Below are positions 48,921 to 61,486 of a stretch of DNA of 64,000 bases, piece by piece. This stretch comes from an uncultured delta proteobacterium. GTDB taxonomy: Bacteria > Desulfobacterota > Syntrophobacteria > BM002. The stretch spans positions 160,001 through 224,000 of the forward strand of contig CAVQGX010000030.1 of assembly GCA_963712115.1 (NCBI GenBank). The letters are read 5' to 3'. Position 1 is the stretch's first letter. Each line of letters opens with the position of its first letter. A program made the position numbers and the translations under genes. A model generated the notes under the pieces. The model saw only the letters and a list, made by a program, of their open reading frames with translations, was not told where the DNA came from and did not search any database.

Positions 48921-49143
48921 ATTTTTTCAGACATAGACCGAAAGTAAAGTGCCAGCCGGCTGCGACTAGGCAGTAAGCACTAGACACTAGGCAGCAAAAA
49001 TGAGTCGGTAGGATTTCACAGGGCAAGTGCTTAGGATTTCGAATTTGATATTGAGCGCTCCCCGTTCCAAGTTGTAGTGCCTAGTGCTTAGTCCCTAGTG
49101 CCTAGTGGTAGACGGGAAAATCGCTTTACAAGGGGATTTGGTC

Positions 49144-49698
49144 ATGAAGGGTACAACCATTTTGGTAGTTCGTCGTGGATCCCAAGTGGTGGTTGCAGGC
49201 GATGGACAGGTTACTGTGGGAGATACGGTTTTAAAACACCATGCCCGTAAGGTGCGCCGCCTTTACCAGGGAAAGGTTATAGCCGGATTCGCCGGTACTA
49301 CCGCAGATGCCTTTACACTTTTCGAGCGATTTGAAGCCAAACTGGAACAATACAGTGGCAATTTGCGCAGAGCTGCAGTTGAACTGGCCAAAGACTGGCG
49401 TACAGACAGAATGCTTCGTCGCCTCGAGGCCTTGCTAGCCGCGGTGGACCAGGACAACTCCCTGGTTATCTCGGGGAACGGCGACGTCATAGAACCGGAT
49501 GACGGTATACTGGCCATTGGTTCGGGAGGCCCGCAAGCACTGGCCGCGGCCCGTGCTCTGTCGAGACACACCGACCTCAGTGCTCGGCAAATTGCCCAAG
49601 CGGCAATGGAGATCACAGCTGAAATCTGTGTTTACACCAACGACCATTTTGTTTTTGAGGAGCTCGCAGAAGGCAACGATGGAACTAATTCCACCTGA
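49144..49698 (+). CDS. hslV: ATP-dependent protease peptidase subunit HslV
   Basis: GTTI...[27 protein letters not shown] and ICVYTN motifs. Confidence 0.98.
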   Translation: MKGTTILVVRRGSQVVVAGDGQVTVGDTVLKHHARKVRRLYQGKVIAGFAGTTADAFTLFERFEAKLEQYSGNLRRAAVELAKDWRTDRMLRRLEALLAAVDQDNSLVISGNGDVIEPDDGILAIGSGGPQALAAARALSRHTDLSARQIAQAAMEITAEICVYTNDHFVFEELAEGNDGTNST

Positions 49699-51046
49699 AA
49701 TAGTCAAGGAACTAGACAAATATATTGTTGGCCAGAATGACGCCAAGCGGTCTGTAGCCATCGCCCTAAGAAACCGCTGGCGGCGGCAGCAGGTGCCAGA
49801 ACATCTAAGGGACGAGATTGCCCCTAAAAATATCATCATGATTGGCCCGACAGGCGTGGGTAAAACTGAAATTGCCCGGCGTCTAGCTTCGCTGGCCAAT
49901 TCACCTTTTCTCAAAGTTGAAGCCTCCAAATTTACCGAAGTGGGATATGTGGGACGTGACGTAGAGTCCATGATTCGTGATCTCTGCGAACTTTCAGTCA
50001 ATATGGTCAGGGGTGAAGAACAAGAACAGGTGATGGCCAGGGCGGCTGAGATCGCGGAAGAAAAGACCCTAGATATTTTACTTCCGGGCGAAAGAGACCA
50101 AGAGTACCCAGCCGAGGCTGGTTTTAATACGGCTGCCCAAACTGATCAAGTTGAGGCGAAAACTGTTTCAGGAACTCGGGAGAAACTTCGCCGGCTGTTG
50201 CGGGAAGGGCGGTTTGACCAACGTTTTGTTGACTTGGAGGTGAGCGATAGAAGTCACCCCATGATCGAAATCTTCAGTAGTGCGGGGCTGGAGGAAATGG
50301 ACATCAACTTGCGGGAAATGTTGGGTAACGTGATGCCTCGCCGCACCAAGCGACGCAAGGTTAAAGTCCCTGAGGCGCTGGAAATTTTGACCCAGGAAGA
50401 AGCCCAGCGGTTGATCGACATGGACAAAGTAATCAAATTGGCCATTGAAAGGGTAGAACATTCGGGCATTATCTTTCTCGATGAAATAGACAAAATAGCT
50501 TCCAGGGAGAGTACTAGGGGTCCTGACGTCTCGCGGGAAGGAGTCCAGCGTGATCTGCTGCCCATTGTGGAGGGTTCAACGGTCAACACCAAGTACGGAA
50601 TGGTACGAACCGATCACATTCTCTTTATTGCTTCCGGGGCATTTCACGCCTCCAAACCAGCAGATCTTATTCCAGAACTTCAGGGACGATTCCCCATTAG
50701 AGTGGAACTGGATCCATTGGGAAAGGAGGAATTTGTCCGCATTTTGAAAGAGCCGGAAAATGCTTTGACCATACAGTATGAAGCGTTAATGGACACAGAA
50801 GGTATTGAGCTCATTTTCCAGGAGGATGCTATCGATGAGCTTGCCCAAATAGCCCATGACGTCAACTCTCGCACAGAGAACATTGGGGCCAGGCGGCTTC
50901 ACACGGTGATGGAGCGACTCCTGGATGAGGTTTCCTTTAACGCCCACGAGTTGAAGGGGCAGCAGATCCTGATAACCAGAAAGTATGTACAGGAAAAACT
51001 TCAGGAAATCGTCAAGGACGAAGATCTGAGCCGGTACATCCTGTAG
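49679..51046 (+). CDS. hslU: ATP-dependent protease ATPase subunit HslU
   Basis: [44 protein letters not shown] and NIGARRL motifs. Confidence 0.99.
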   Translation: MELIPPEIVKELDKYIVGQNDAKRSVAIALRNRWRRQQVPEHLRDEIAPKNIIMIGPTGVGKTEIARRLASLANSPFLKVEASKFTEVGYVGRDVESMIRDLCELSVNMVRGEEQEQVMARAAEIAEEKTLDILLPGERDQEYPAEAGFNTAAQTDQVEAKTVSGTREKLRRLLREGRFDQRFVDLEVSDRSHPMIEIFSSAGLEEMDINLREMLGNVMPRRTKRRKVKVPEALEILTQEEAQRLIDMDKVIKLAIERVEHSGIIFLDEIDKIASRESTRGPDVSREGVQRDLLPIVEGSTVNTKYGMVRTDHILFIASGAFHASKPADLIPELQGRFPIRVELDPLGKEEFVRILKEPENALTIQYEALMDTEGIELIFQEDAIDELAQIAHDVNSRTENIGARRLHTVMERLLDEVSFNAHELKGQQILITRKYVQEKLQEIVKDEDLSRYIL

Positions 51047-51203
51047 TTATCAGTCAAATGGTCGATTCGTCAATTCGTGAAAGGGTGAGGATTTGTGTTC
51101 TTTGTGGTAAAGGAAAAAGGTCACATAACTGTTGCAGTTTGTTTTTTAGCAATAGCGTGCTTACCGATTAACGATTGAACCATTTGACCAATTAACAATT
51201 TGA

Positions 51204-52103
<900 letters not shown>

Positions 52104-52109
52104 TCGAAA

Positions 52110-52334
52110 GACACGGCGAGGCGGGGAGAAGCACTCAGAGATCGGAAGTCGGACGTCAGAGGTCAGCAAGTCAAATCGTCAACTTGTCGAATAGTCAAAT
52201 GGTTATGAATCGCCTTAATGACGAATTAACGATTTGACCAATCGACCAATCGACGAATTAACGAACTAACGGTTCTAACGATTTGAACGATTTCAGCGAT
52301 TTCAACGATTTACTGCTTACCGCTTACCGCTTAC
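52110..52334. repeat. mosaic intergenic repeat array
   Basis: (TCAGAGG)n, an inverted pair (GTCAAATG/TTGACCAA)n, (AACGATTTG)n and (CTTACCG)n. Confidence 0.7.
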
Positions 52335-52372
52335 GAAAACGAATAGGCGCTATGCGGAGTTCAAAGGTACCT

Positions 52373-53566
52373 ATGGACAGACAAAATCTCATGCATCAAT
52401 CGCAAAATCATATTTGCCAGACCTATAATCGCTACAACCTGGCCATTGCCCGTGGAAGCGGCTGCTATCTATGGGACCAGGAAGGCCGAGAATATCTAGA
52501 CTTCGTTGCTGGCATTGCCGTGTGCAATCTGGGACACTGCCCGATGGAGATTTCCCGGGTGATGTATGAGCAGGCGCAGCAGTTGGTGCACGTCTCAAAC
52601 CTTTACTACACGGAACCCCAGGTCAGATTGGCCGAAGCCCTTACTGGCAGTTGTTTTGCAGATAAAGTATTTTTTTGTAACAGTGGGGCCGAGGCTAATG
52701 AGGCAGCTATCAAGCTGGCACGGAAATACTCGCGGAAAGGTTATGGCCCTGGCCGCTACGGTATCATCACCATGAAGAATTCCTTCCATGGACGCACCCT
52801 GGCCACGCTTTCTGCCACCGGGCAGCAAAAGATTCAGGAAGGATTCGAACCTTTGGTTGACGGCTTTCGCTACGTGGATTTCGATAGCGTAAATGCGGTG
52901 GCTGAAGCCATTGATAAAACAGTCTGTGCAGTGCTGGTTGAACCCATTCAAGGAGAAGGGGGAGTCCGCGTTCCCCACGGGAAGTATTTAGAAGGTCTGC
53001 GAGAACTCTGTACAAGGCATGACCTGCTCCTCATTTACGACGAAATTCAAGTGGGAATGGGAAGAACGGGAAAGCTCTTCTCTCACCAGCACGAAGGTGT
53101 AACCCCGGACATCATGACTTTGGCCAAAGCACTGGCGAATGGCATGCCAATTGGCGCAATGCTCACCATTGATAAAGTGGCAGAGGCCTTCGGCCCGGGT
53201 AGTCACGCCAGTACTTTCGGGGGTACACCATTGGTTACGGCAGTGGGTTTAGAGGTCTTTCGGCAAATCAGTGCTGCATCTTTTCTGGAAGAGGTTCGGA
53301 GTGTTGGGGAGTACTTCCAGGAGCGCTTGCTGGCCCTTCAGGAAAAGTATCCTTTTATTAGAGAGGTAAGAGGCCGCGGACTCATTTTGGGGATCGAACT
53401 TGATTTCCCGGGGAGTGAGGTTGTGGCCCAATGTCAGGAGAGAGGTGTTCTGATTAATTGCACCGCAGAAAAAGTACTCCGTTTTTTGCCTCCACTGATA
53501 GTGACCTCCACAGAAGTGGATCGTCTAATTGAGACCATGGAAAGCATTTTCAGGCAGAAGCATTAA
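52373..53566 (+). CDS. argD: acetylornithine aminotransferase
   Basis: YLDFVAGIAV, NSGAEANE, FHGRT, EPIQGEGG, DEIQVGMGRTG, AKALANG and HASTFGG; within the arg cluster. Confidence 0.93.
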   Translation: MDRQNLMHQSQNHICQTYNRYNLAIARGSGCYLWDQEGREYLDFVAGIAVCNLGHCPMEISRVMYEQAQQLVHVSNLYYTEPQVRLAEALTGSCFADKVFFCNSGAEANEAAIKLARKYSRKGYGPGRYGIITMKNSFHGRTLATLSATGQQKIQEGFEPLVDGFRYVDFDSVNAVAEAIDKTVCAVLVEPIQGEGGVRVPHGKYLEGLRELCTRHDLLLIYDEIQVGMGRTGKLFSHQHEGVTPDIMTLAKALANGMPIGAMLTIDKVAEAFGPGSHASTFGGTPLVTAVGLEVFRQISAASFLEEVRSVGEYFQERLLALQEKYPFIREVRGRGLILGIELDFPGSEVVAQCQERGVLINCTAEKVLRFLPPLIVTSTEVDRLIETMESIFRQKH

Positions 53567-53707
53567 TTTTGTCTGACACCCAGATTTAGAGAGAAACCTA
53601 TTGGTGACGTTGAGTTAAGCGTCTTCTTTGTTTCAAAGACAAGAAGCACAAGAGGCAAGTATTACGAAACGCACGCGCTATGCGCTAGGCGAACTCGGTA
53701 AGTAGCC

Positions 53708-54622
53708 ATGAAAAGAGATTTCTTAACCATCCTGGACTTAAGCTTCGAGGAAATTGACGCTCTCTTGAGACGGGCGTCAACTCTTAAGGAAGATTTAAGA
53801 AAGGACGTGCTCAAACCCACGCTAAGGGGGAAAACCTTGGGGCTTATTTTTGACAAGCCCTCGACCCGCACCAGAGTATCCTTTGAGGTTGCCATGTACC
53901 AACTGGGCGGCAGGGTAATTTTTATGAGTTCGCATGACACTCAGCTTTCCCGGGACGAGCCTCTGCGGGATACCGCCTTGGTTCTTTCCCGCTATATAGA
54001 CGGTTTGGTAGTTCGAACCTTTGAGGATGCTGATTTACAGGAACTGGCAAGACATGCCGAGATCCCAGTTATTAACGGTCTCACCGACCTCTACCATCCC
54101 TGTCAGGTAATGGGTGACATCCTGACCATACAGGAGAAAAAGGGTGACCTCAAATCACTGCGAATAGCTTGGGTGGGTGATGGCAACAACGTGGCACACT
54201 CTTGGATAAATGCTGCGGCCCGCTTGCCTTTCAAATTATCTCTTGCTTGTCCACCGGGATATGAACCAAAAAAAGAGATTCTGGAAACGGCGAAAAAATT
54301 GGCCGGAGAAAGAATAATTTGCGGAAATGATCCACTGGAGGCGGTGAGAGATGCAGATGTTATAAACACAGACGTTTGGACAAGTATGGGGCAGGATGAG
54401 GAAAGACGAGAGCGGTTGGCTGCTTTTCAAGGCTACCAAATCAATGGCGATCTACTGAGAAATGCCAAGTCCGACGCTATCGTTTTGCACTGTTTACCTG
54501 CCCACCGCGGCGAAGAAATCACTGATGAGGTGATGGACGGGCCAAACTCGGCTATATTTGATCAAGCAGAGAACCGCATGCACTTGCAGCGGGCCCTTCT
54601 CGATTGGCTGCTGCGTGCATAG
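53708..54622 (+). CDS. argF: ornithine carbamoyltransferase
   Basis: STRTR, HPCQ, GDGNN, WTSMG and HCLPAHRG motifs. Confidence 0.97.
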   Translation: MKRDFLTILDLSFEEIDALLRRASTLKEDLRKDVLKPTLRGKTLGLIFDKPSTRTRVSFEVAMYQLGGRVIFMSSHDTQLSRDEPLRDTALVLSRYIDGLVVRTFEDADLQELARHAEIPVINGLTDLYHPCQVMGDILTIQEKKGDLKSLRIAWVGDGNNVAHSWINAAARLPFKLSLACPPGYEPKKEILETAKKLAGERIICGNDPLEAVRDADVINTDVWTSMGQDEERRERLAAFQGYQINGDLLRNAKSDAIVLHCLPAHRGEEITDEVMDGPNSAIFDQAENRMHLQRALLDWLLRA

Positions 54623-54623
54623 T

Positions 54624-54768
54624 AGTCAAATCCTCAATTGGTCAGTCGGTCAAATTGTCGAGTGGTCGATTGGTCGAATAGTCAAATAGTCGATCCGTCT
54701 CACAATGTGCCCAACTATACAATCGACGATTTGACCAATTTACTATACTAATTGACGATTCGACTAAT
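54624..54768. repeat. 8-mer inverted array hairpin
   Basis: (TGGTCAAA/TAGTCGAA)n followed by (TTGACCAA/TCGACTAA)n; relatives at about 51052-51204 and 62440-62471. Confidence 0.7.
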
Positions 54769-54800
54769 TGCCCAATAACTGCAGTGTGGAGGAAATAAAA

Positions 54801-56015
54801 TTGTCTGAAAAAGTACGAAAGGTAGTTCTAGCCTACTCGGGTGGCTTGGATACCTCTATAATCCTCAAGTGGCTATTAGAAGAGTACGAATGCGAAGTCA
54901 TAGCCTTTGCCGCCGATTTGGGCCAGGGGGACGATCTCGCAACCGTCAGGCAAAAGGCCTTGGCCACGGGGGCCAGTAAAGTAGTTGTCGAGGATCTGCG
55001 AGAGGAATTCGTTCGGGACTACGTGTTTCCGGCCTTCAGGGCCAATGCCATCTATGAGGGACATTACCTCCTGGGCACCTCCCTTGCTCGTCCCCTTATC
55101 GCCAAAAGGCAGGTGGCGCTGGCTGAGGCTGAAGGGGCAGATGCTGTAAGTCATGGAGCAACCGGCAAAGGTAATGACCAGGTAAGATTCGAGCTTAGTT
55201 ACGCTGCCCTCAATCCAAAGCTCAAGATTATCGCGCCCTGGCGGCAATGGCAGCTCAAATCCCGCCAGGATTTGCTGGAATTCGCGCAAAAACATGGCAT
55301 CCAGGTACCAGTGACGCCTGAGAAACCTTACAGCATGGACGGGAATCTCCTCCACCTTTCATACGAAGGTGGTGTGCTAGAAGACCCCTGGCTCGAGCCG
55401 GAACCGGAGATGTTCATGATGACAGTCGCTCCGGAAGCTGCTCCAGACGAACCTCGATATGTGGAGATCGATTTTGAGCGGGGCAATCCTGTAGCCGTGG
55501 ATGGCAAGCCTCTTGCCTGCGCGGATATCCTTGCTGCTCTAAATGAACTTGGCGGGGCCAACGGCATTGGCAGGGTGGATCTCGTGGAAAATCGGTTTGT
55601 GGGGATCAAGTCGCGGGGAGTTTATGAGACGCCAGGGGGTACAATTCTTCGGATGGCGCACCAGGCAGTTGAATCCATCACCATGGATCGCGAGGTGCTG
55701 CATCTGCGTGACAGTCTAGTTCCCAGATATTCGAGTATGATCTACAACGGCTTCTGGTTTTCACCAGAGATGCAATTACTTCAGGAAACTATGGATGCTG
55801 CCCAGGAAAATGTATGGGGTAGGGCACGACTCAAGCTTTACAAGGGCTCGTGCCAAGTGGTGGGTAGAAAATCTTCCCGATCTCTTTATCAGCCTGAATA
55901 CGCGACTTTTGAGGAGGATACGGTCTACGATCAAAGCGACGCAGACGGTTTTATAAAACTCCTGGGACTACGGTTGCGCTTACAGGCTCTACAGCGCAAA
56001 GCGCAAGGCGCATAG
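54801..56015 (+). CDS. argG: argininosuccinate synthase
   Basis: [21 protein letters not shown] and [17 protein letters not shown]; TTG start after GGAGG. Confidence 0.98.
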   Translation: MSEKVRKVVLAYSGGLDTSIILKWLLEEYECEVIAFAADLGQGDDLATVRQKALATGASKVVVEDLREEFVRDYVFPAFRANAIYEGHYLLGTSLARPLIAKRQVALAEAEGADAVSHGATGKGNDQVRFELSYAALNPKLKIIAPWRQWQLKSRQDLLEFAQKHGIQVPVTPEKPYSMDGNLLHLSYEGGVLEDPWLEPEPEMFMMTVAPEAAPDEPRYVEIDFERGNPVAVDGKPLACADILAALNELGGANGIGRVDLVENRFVGIKSRGVYETPGGTILRMAHQAVESITMDREVLHLRDSLVPRYSSMIYNGFWFSPEMQLLQETMDAAQENVWGRARLKLYKGSCQVVGRKSSRSLYQPEYATFEEDTVYDQSDADGFIKLLGLRLRLQALQRKAQGA

Positions 56016-56153
56016 CGCTTTGCGCAGCGAGAGGAGAGGTCGTGCGAGACGGGAGGTCGTGGGTTAAAAGGATTCTATGATTTTCGTCTCGCTCTTCTCG
56101 CCCGTCTCGCAAATTGCTTGTGTAGCTCACAATTAAATAAATAGGATGCAATA

Positions 56154-57533
56154 ATGGCTGGAAAGCTATGGCAGGGTCGGTTTCGAGAAGGGACCAGCAA
56201 GCTGGTTGAAAGTTTTACCGCCTCCATCAGGTTCGACCAGCGTCTCTACCGTTACGATATCGAAGGTAGTATGGCTCATTGCAGGATGTTGTCCCGGCAG
56301 GGGCTTCTAAGTCGTGAAGAGGAAGATACCCTCATTCAAGGTCTGGGGGAAATCCTACGGGAGATCGAGCGTGGTAGTTTCGTTTTCGACGAGGCCCAGG
56401 AAGACGTGCACATGGCCATTGAGCAACTTCTCATTGAGAAAGTAGGTGAAGTTGGAGGTAAGCTCCACACAGGCCGCAGTCGAAACGATCAGGTAGCACT
56501 GGATATCCGCCTCTTTCTCAGAGACGAAATTAAGGGTGCCGACGAGGACATAAAGGATCTGCAAGGCAGCCTGGTTGAACAGGCCAAGGCCAATTTAGGT
56601 ACAGTCATGCCCGGATTCACCCATCTGCAGCATGCCCAACCGGTGCTCTTTTCCCATCACCTTATGGCTTACTATGAAATGCTCAGACGAGATCGGCAGA
56701 GGCTTTCTGCTTGTTTGGGCAGGGTTGATGTCTCTCCCCTTGGCAGTGCTGCCCTGGCGGGGACTTCTCTTCCCATCGACAGCAAGATAACCGCTGAGTT
56801 GCTTGCTTTTCCGGCCCTAAGCCGCAACAGCATCGATGCAGTGAGCGACAGAGATTTCATAATCGAATTTACCTCAGCTGCTGCCCTGATCATGATGCAC
56901 TTGAGCCGAATGTGTGAAGAGCTTATTCTATGGTGTTCTACAGAGTTCGACTATATCGAGCTTTCGGAGAGTTTCTGCACGGGTTCCAGCATTATGCCTC
57001 AGAAGAAGAATCCGGATGTTCCTGAGCTGGTTAGGGGAAAAAGCGGCAGGGTCTACGGCCACCTGATGAGCTTGCTTACGGTGATGAAGGGATTGCCCCT
57101 GGCTTACAATCGTGATCTCCAGGAAGACAAGGAACCGCTGTTTGATACAGTGGATACAGTGCGTCAGAGCCTGAGAATTTTAGCGCGACTTTGGGAACAC
57201 GTTACACTAAACAAAGAGCGGATGGAAAAGATGGCATCCTCCGGGTTCACCTTGGCCACCGATGTGGCCGAATACCTGGTGATCAGAGGAATGGGGTTTC
57301 GCCAAGCACATAGGGTAGTAGGAAAAATGGTGCGATACTGTCTGGAGGAGAGCAAGGAACTGGAGGAAATGACTCTACAGGAGTTCAAGGGATTTGCCTC
57401 AGTGATCTCCGAGGATATCTATAATATATTGAACTTGAAAAATTCTGTGGACAGCCGGAACTCCGTGGGAGGTACCTCGCTGCAGCAGGTGCGGGAAGCA
57501 ATCACCCGTGCAGAGGAAGAGCTGAGTTCATGA
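56154..57533 (+). CDS. argH: argininosuccinate lyase
   Basis: LWQGRF, HTGRSRNDQ, GSSIMPQKKNPD and YNRDLQEDK motifs. Confidence 0.98.
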   Translation: MAGKLWQGRFREGTSKLVESFTASIRFDQRLYRYDIEGSMAHCRMLSRQGLLSREEEDTLIQGLGEILREIERGSFVFDEAQEDVHMAIEQLLIEKVGEVGGKLHTGRSRNDQVALDIRLFLRDEIKGADEDIKDLQGSLVEQAKANLGTVMPGFTHLQHAQPVLFSHHLMAYYEMLRRDRQRLSACLGRVDVSPLGSAALAGTSLPIDSKITAELLAFPALSRNSIDAVSDRDFIIEFTSAAALIMMHLSRMCEELILWCSTEFDYIELSESFCTGSSIMPQKKNPDVPELVRGKSGRVYGHLMSLLTVMKGLPLAYNRDLQEDKEPLFDTVDTVRQSLRILARLWEHVTLNKERMEKMASSGFTLATDVAEYLVIRGMGFRQAHRVVGKMVRYCLEESKELEEMTLQEFKGFASVISEDIYNILNLKNSVDSRNSVGGTSLQQVREAITRAEEELSS

Positions 57534-57967
57534 CAAGAAGGAGGCTGTGGCCGCATTCATCGGTTTTCATTGTCTTGTGTTGCCTTGGACTATTATTGGG
57601 TGGTTGCGGGAAAAAGGGGCCACCCAAACCGCCGCGCCAAGAGGAACTGCCGAAAGTGAATAATCTTCAGGCAGTTGCTGTTGATACAGGGGTTAAACTG
57701 ACCTGGACCATGGACTCAAGCGATGAGGACGCGGCCGGATTTAACGTTTATCGCAGCAAGGTCCTGCCAGAAATAAGCGACTGTCCGGGCTGCACACGGG
57801 ACTTTGAGGTTATCGCCACTATCAGAGTGAAATCGGGTGAGACCCGCTTTCAATTAGTTGATCAATATGTCGAGGGCAAGGGTAGGTTCTATTACAAGGT
57901 AACACCCTTCGACAAACAGGATCGTCCCGGACCCGATTCCAATGAGTCCAGGGTTTTTATTGAATAG
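57530..57967 (+). CDS. LptM/YifL-like lipoprotein with a fibronectin-III-like extension
   Basis: LLLGGCGKKGPP lipobox motif, then LTW...GFNVYRS...YYKV; located upstream of lysA-dapF. Confidence 0.7.
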   Translation: MTRRRLWPHSSVFIVLCCLGLLLGGCGKKGPPKPPRQEELPKVNNLQAVAVDTGVKLTWTMDSSDEDAAGFNVYRSKVLPEISDCPGCTRDFEVIATIRVKSGETRFQLVDQYVEGKGRFYYKVTPFDKQDRPGPDSNESRVFIE

Positions 57968-57984
57968 CGCCTTGCGTTTTTACG

Positions 57985-58062
57985 AGTAAGCAGTAAGCAG
58001 TAAACGGTAAGCGGTTATTACGAAGCAACAAGACTGCTTACTGCTCACTGCTTACCGCTTAC
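57985..58062. repeat. heptamer inverted array hairpin
   Basis: (AGTAAGC)n followed by (GCTTACT/GCTTACC)n. Confidence 0.75.
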
Positions 58063-58140
58063 CCCGCTTTGCGATCAGCGGCTTCTTAACAACTTGAAGT
58101 CACGAATTACTCGCCCTGCGAACTATTTGAAGGACTAGAA

Positions 58141-59400
58141 ATGCATCACTTCGAATATCGAGAAGGAAGGCTTTACTGCGAACAAGTTTCCATTGAAACC
58201 ATTGCCAGAGAAGTAGGCACACCCTTCTATTGTTACAGCCACGCCACTCTGAGTCGTCACTTTCGCGCCTTTGACAGCGCCTTCGCCGAAGTTGATCATC
58301 TCACCTGTTTCTCGGTCAAATCTTGTTCGAATATCGCCATACTCAATCTTTTTGCTTCCATGGGGGCGGGCATGGACATCGTCTCCGGAGGCGAACTCTA
58401 CCGGGCTTTGAAAGCAGGTGTACCCGCTGAAAAGATTGTTTTTTCCGGGGTAGGTAAGACCGAAGATGAACTAGTTTACGGGCTCGAGAGCGGCATCTTG
58501 ATGTTTAACCTGGAATCACCCCAAGAGATGTTCTTTTTGAACGACTGTGCTGCCCGCTTGGGTCGCCGTGCCCCCATTGCCATCCGGGTGAATCCGGATG
58601 TGGATCCCAAAACCCATCCTTATATTTCCACTGGTTTGAGGGAAAACAAATTCGGCATCGACCTTGATATGTCTGAATCCATGTATGCCCAGGCCAAAGA
58701 AATGTCCAATTTGGAGGTGATTGGGGTTGGCTGCCACATTGGTTCACAGCTCACAGAGGTTTCCCCTTTTCTGGACACTATTAAGCGGTTGAGGCTACTA
58801 ATCGATCGGCTAAGAAAGCAGGACGTAAACATTAGATATCTCGACCTTGGCGGCGGCTTGGGCATCACCTACTCTGAGGAAGCTCCTCCCCACCCAAGGG
58901 AGTACGCTAGGTCGCTCCTGGCGGAGGTCGATGGCATTGATTGTACCTTGATTTTTGAACCGGGCCGCGTTATTGTGGGTAACGCTGGCACTCTAATCAC
59001 CCGGGTTTTATACACAAAAGCAGGGCCGGTCAAAAATTTTCTTGTGGTTGATGCCGGCATGAATGACCTGGTTCGACCCAGCCTATACGGCTCCTATCAC
59101 CACATCCAACCAGTGGTTGACCATAGGCGACCGCAACTGACTGCTGATGTGGTGGGGCCTATCTGCGAAACCGGTGACTTTCTCGCTCGTGATCGCAGCC
59201 TCCCACAGGTTGAACCCGGAGAACTGCTGGCTGTGATGAGCGCAGGCGCATATGGTTTTGCCATGTCTTCCAACTACAACTCTAGGCCCAGACCGGCAGA
59301 GATTTTGGTCCGGGATGACAAGTTCGAAGTAATACGCTCGAGGGAAACCTACGACGACCTATTAAAGGGAGAGCGGCTGCCCGATTTTCTCCGTTTATGA
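58141..59400 (+). CDS. lysA: diaminopimelate decarboxylase
   Basis: VSGGEL, HIGSQ, DLGGG, EPGR, GPICETGD and GAYG...SNYNSRPR motifs. Confidence 0.98.
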   Translation: MHHFEYREGRLYCEQVSIETIAREVGTPFYCYSHATLSRHFRAFDSAFAEVDHLTCFSVKSCSNIAILNLFASMGAGMDIVSGGELYRALKAGVPAEKIVFSGVGKTEDELVYGLESGILMFNLESPQEMFFLNDCAARLGRRAPIAIRVNPDVDPKTHPYISTGLRENKFGIDLDMSESMYAQAKEMSNLEVIGVGCHIGSQLTEVSPFLDTIKRLRLLIDRLRKQDVNIRYLDLGGGLGITYSEEAPPHPREYARSLLAEVDGIDCTLIFEPGRVIVGNAGTLITRVLYTKAGPVKNFLVVDAGMNDLVRPSLYGSYHHIQPVVDHRRPQLTADVVGPICETGDFLARDRSLPQVEPGELLAVMSAGAYGFAMSSNYNSRPRPAEILVRDDKFEVIRSRETYDDLLKGERLPDFLRL

Positions 59401-60251
59401 ATCCAATGGAAAGAGCAATTGATTTTTACAAGATGAGCGGCAGCGGCAACGACTTTATTCTCGTTGACAATCGCGCCAACCTAATTGAAGCAGCGGTGGC
59501 CCCTGAATTGGCCCGTAAACTTTGTAGAAGGAAGGTATCTGTGGGGGCTGACGGTCTTATCCTCATTGAGAATGATGATGAAGTTGACTTCAGTTGGAAT
59601 TTTTTCAATGCAGACGGGAGTAAGGCAGAGATGTGCGGCAATGGGGGAAGGTGCGTGGCCAGGCTCGCTAACATGTTGGGTATTTGTGGCTCAAGTCTCT
59701 CCTTCCGGACCCTTGCCGGGATCATCCGGGCAGAGGTCTCAGGAAGGCGGGTGAAGCTGCAAATGACCGAACCTCGCGATCTGAGGCTCGACCTGGAGCT
59801 AGAAGTCAACGGACAGAGGTTTAATACCCATTTCGTCAATACCGGCGTACCCCACACGGTTTTTATCCTTGACGGGCCTGAAATCCTTGCGCAACAGGAA
59901 GTTGTGGGACAGGGTCGCAAGGTTCGGTATCACTCCCAATTTGCACCTGCCGGAACCAACGTAAACTTCGTTGCCGTGCTCGGCGAGCAGGAGCTTGCCA
60001 TTCGGACTTACGAACGGGGGGTGGAGGACGAGACCCTTGCGTGTGGTACGGGCGCCACAGCCGTTGCCCTGGTTGGTGCGGCAAAGGGGATGGTAAAACC
60101 TCCTGTGGATGTCCAGACGAAAAGCGGAGAGACTCTCACCATTTACTTTGATCCTAGGAAGGAACTGCCACAGGAGGTTTACATGGAGGGTGAGACTAGG
60201 GTGATCTACCAGGGAAGACTCTCGGAAGAAGCTGTCCAGATTACATTGTAG
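59397..60251 (+). CDS. dapF: diaminopimelate epimerase
   Basis: KMSGSGNDF, EMCGNGGRC, GVPH and ERGVEDETLACGTG motifs. Confidence 0.98.
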   Translation: MNPMERAIDFYKMSGSGNDFILVDNRANLIEAAVAPELARKLCRRKVSVGADGLILIENDDEVDFSWNFFNADGSKAEMCGNGGRCVARLANMLGICGSSLSFRTLAGIIRAEVSGRRVKLQMTEPRDLRLDLELEVNGQRFNTHFVNTGVPHTVFILDGPEILAQQEVVGQGRKVRYHSQFAPAGTNVNFVAVLGEQELAIRTYERGVEDETLACGTGATAVALVGAAKGMVKPPVDVQTKSGETLTIYFDPRKELPQEVYMEGETRVIYQGRLSEEAVQITL

Positions 60252-60308
60252 AGTTGATTGCTCGCCGCGGTTTCTCCAAAATTAGGTTGTAGGATACACC
60301 AGTTCTTA

Positions 60309-60336
60309 TTGACAATTCTCCACAAATTAGTAGATT
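60309..60336 (+). promoter_or_regulatory. candidate sigma70 promoter of dapA
   Basis: TTGACA, a 16-nt spacer and TAGATT. Confidence 0.5.
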
Positions 60337-60461
60337 CTTTCATTTAGCTATCACAATCCAGTATCGAGTATCCATTATCCAGTCCAGCATCTAGCATCCA
60401 GTAACTTGGAAACAAGAGCAAGGTACAACTTTCAAAGGATAGAAAAGCGAAGGAGGTTACC

Positions 60462-61337
60462 ATGTTTTCCGGAGTATTGCCCGCCATTGTCACCCCTTTT
60501 AAAAACGGTGAAGTGGACGAAGAAGGTCTGCGACAATTGATCGAATTTCAGATCGAAGATGGAGTTCACGGTATTGTTCCCTGCGGTACCACCGGTGAGT
60601 CGGCTACGCTCTCACACGAGGAACATGAGAGGGTGGTGGAAATCACGGTGGAGCAAGTGAAGGGACGAGTTCCAGTAGTCGCCGGGACCGGTTCCAACAA
60701 TACCGCAGAGGCCGTAAGATTGACGGCCCATGCCAAAAAAGCTGGGGCTAACGGCGCGTTAATGATCAGCCCTTACTACAACAAGCCTACCCAGGAGGGC
60801 ATTTATCAGCACTACAAGAAAGTGGCTGAAGAGGTAGATATTCCCATCATCATTTATAACATCCCGGGACGTACGGCCAGCAACATTGAGCCCACTACTT
60901 TTGCTCGCCTCGCAGAGTTTAAAAATATTGTCGGGGTTAAAGAGGCTAGCGGTTCAATGAAACAAATTACCGATATTATACGGCTTTGTGGACCTGAGTT
61001 TACCGTTCTTTCCGGTGAGGACTTTCTTACCTATCCCTTGATGGCCGTGGGCGGCAAAGGGGTTATTTGCGTGGTGGCGAATATTGTGCCGCGAGACATG
61101 TCTGACTTGTGCAACCTTCTCTTGGCTGGCGATTTCGACAAAGGCCGTGAGCTTTACTATCGTCTTCTTCCTCTCTGCCACTCTATGTTCATCGAGACCA
61201 ACCCGGCACCGGTGAAAGCGGCCCTTGCGATGATGGGTAAGATTTCCTCTGCGGAGGTGCGATTGCCTCTGGCCCAAATGTCGGACGATAATCTGGCGAA
61301 ACTTCGCAAGGCTTTAAGAGATTACGGGGTACTCTAG
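60462..61337 (+). CDS. dapA: 4-hydroxy-tetrahydrodipicolinate synthase
   Basis: GTTGES, PYYNKPTQ, YNIPGRT, GVKEASG and ETNPAPVK motifs. Confidence 0.98.
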   Translation: MFSGVLPAIVTPFKNGEVDEEGLRQLIEFQIEDGVHGIVPCGTTGESATLSHEEHERVVEITVEQVKGRVPVVAGTGSNNTAEAVRLTAHAKKAGANGALMISPYYNKPTQEGIYQHYKKVAEEVDIPIIIYNIPGRTASNIEPTTFARLAEFKNIVGVKEASGSMKQITDIIRLCGPEFTVLSGEDFLTYPLMAVGGKGVICVVANIVPRDMSDLCNLLLAGDFDKGRELYYRLLPLCHSMFIETNPAPVKAALAMMGKISSAEVRLPLAQMSDDNLAKLRKALRDYGVL

Positions 61338-61486
61338 TCTGCCGCTTGCAGACCGCATAGCGCACAGGGAAGAAACGACACGGAGGAGGGGCGAGACGGA
61401 GATATTGCTGCGATTAGTTCGACATCGTCTCATCTCCGCATCACCGTTTCTCCGCGTCCGTTTTCGAACAATGGGGGGTAATAGCC

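Noticed and set aside
52283-52372. N-terminal extensions of argD, uvrC, argG, hslU and the first PilZ gene in the ORF track
   Set aside because: They run through repeat arrays or upstream genes; downstream starts fit the family lengths and, where visible, the ribosome-binding sites.
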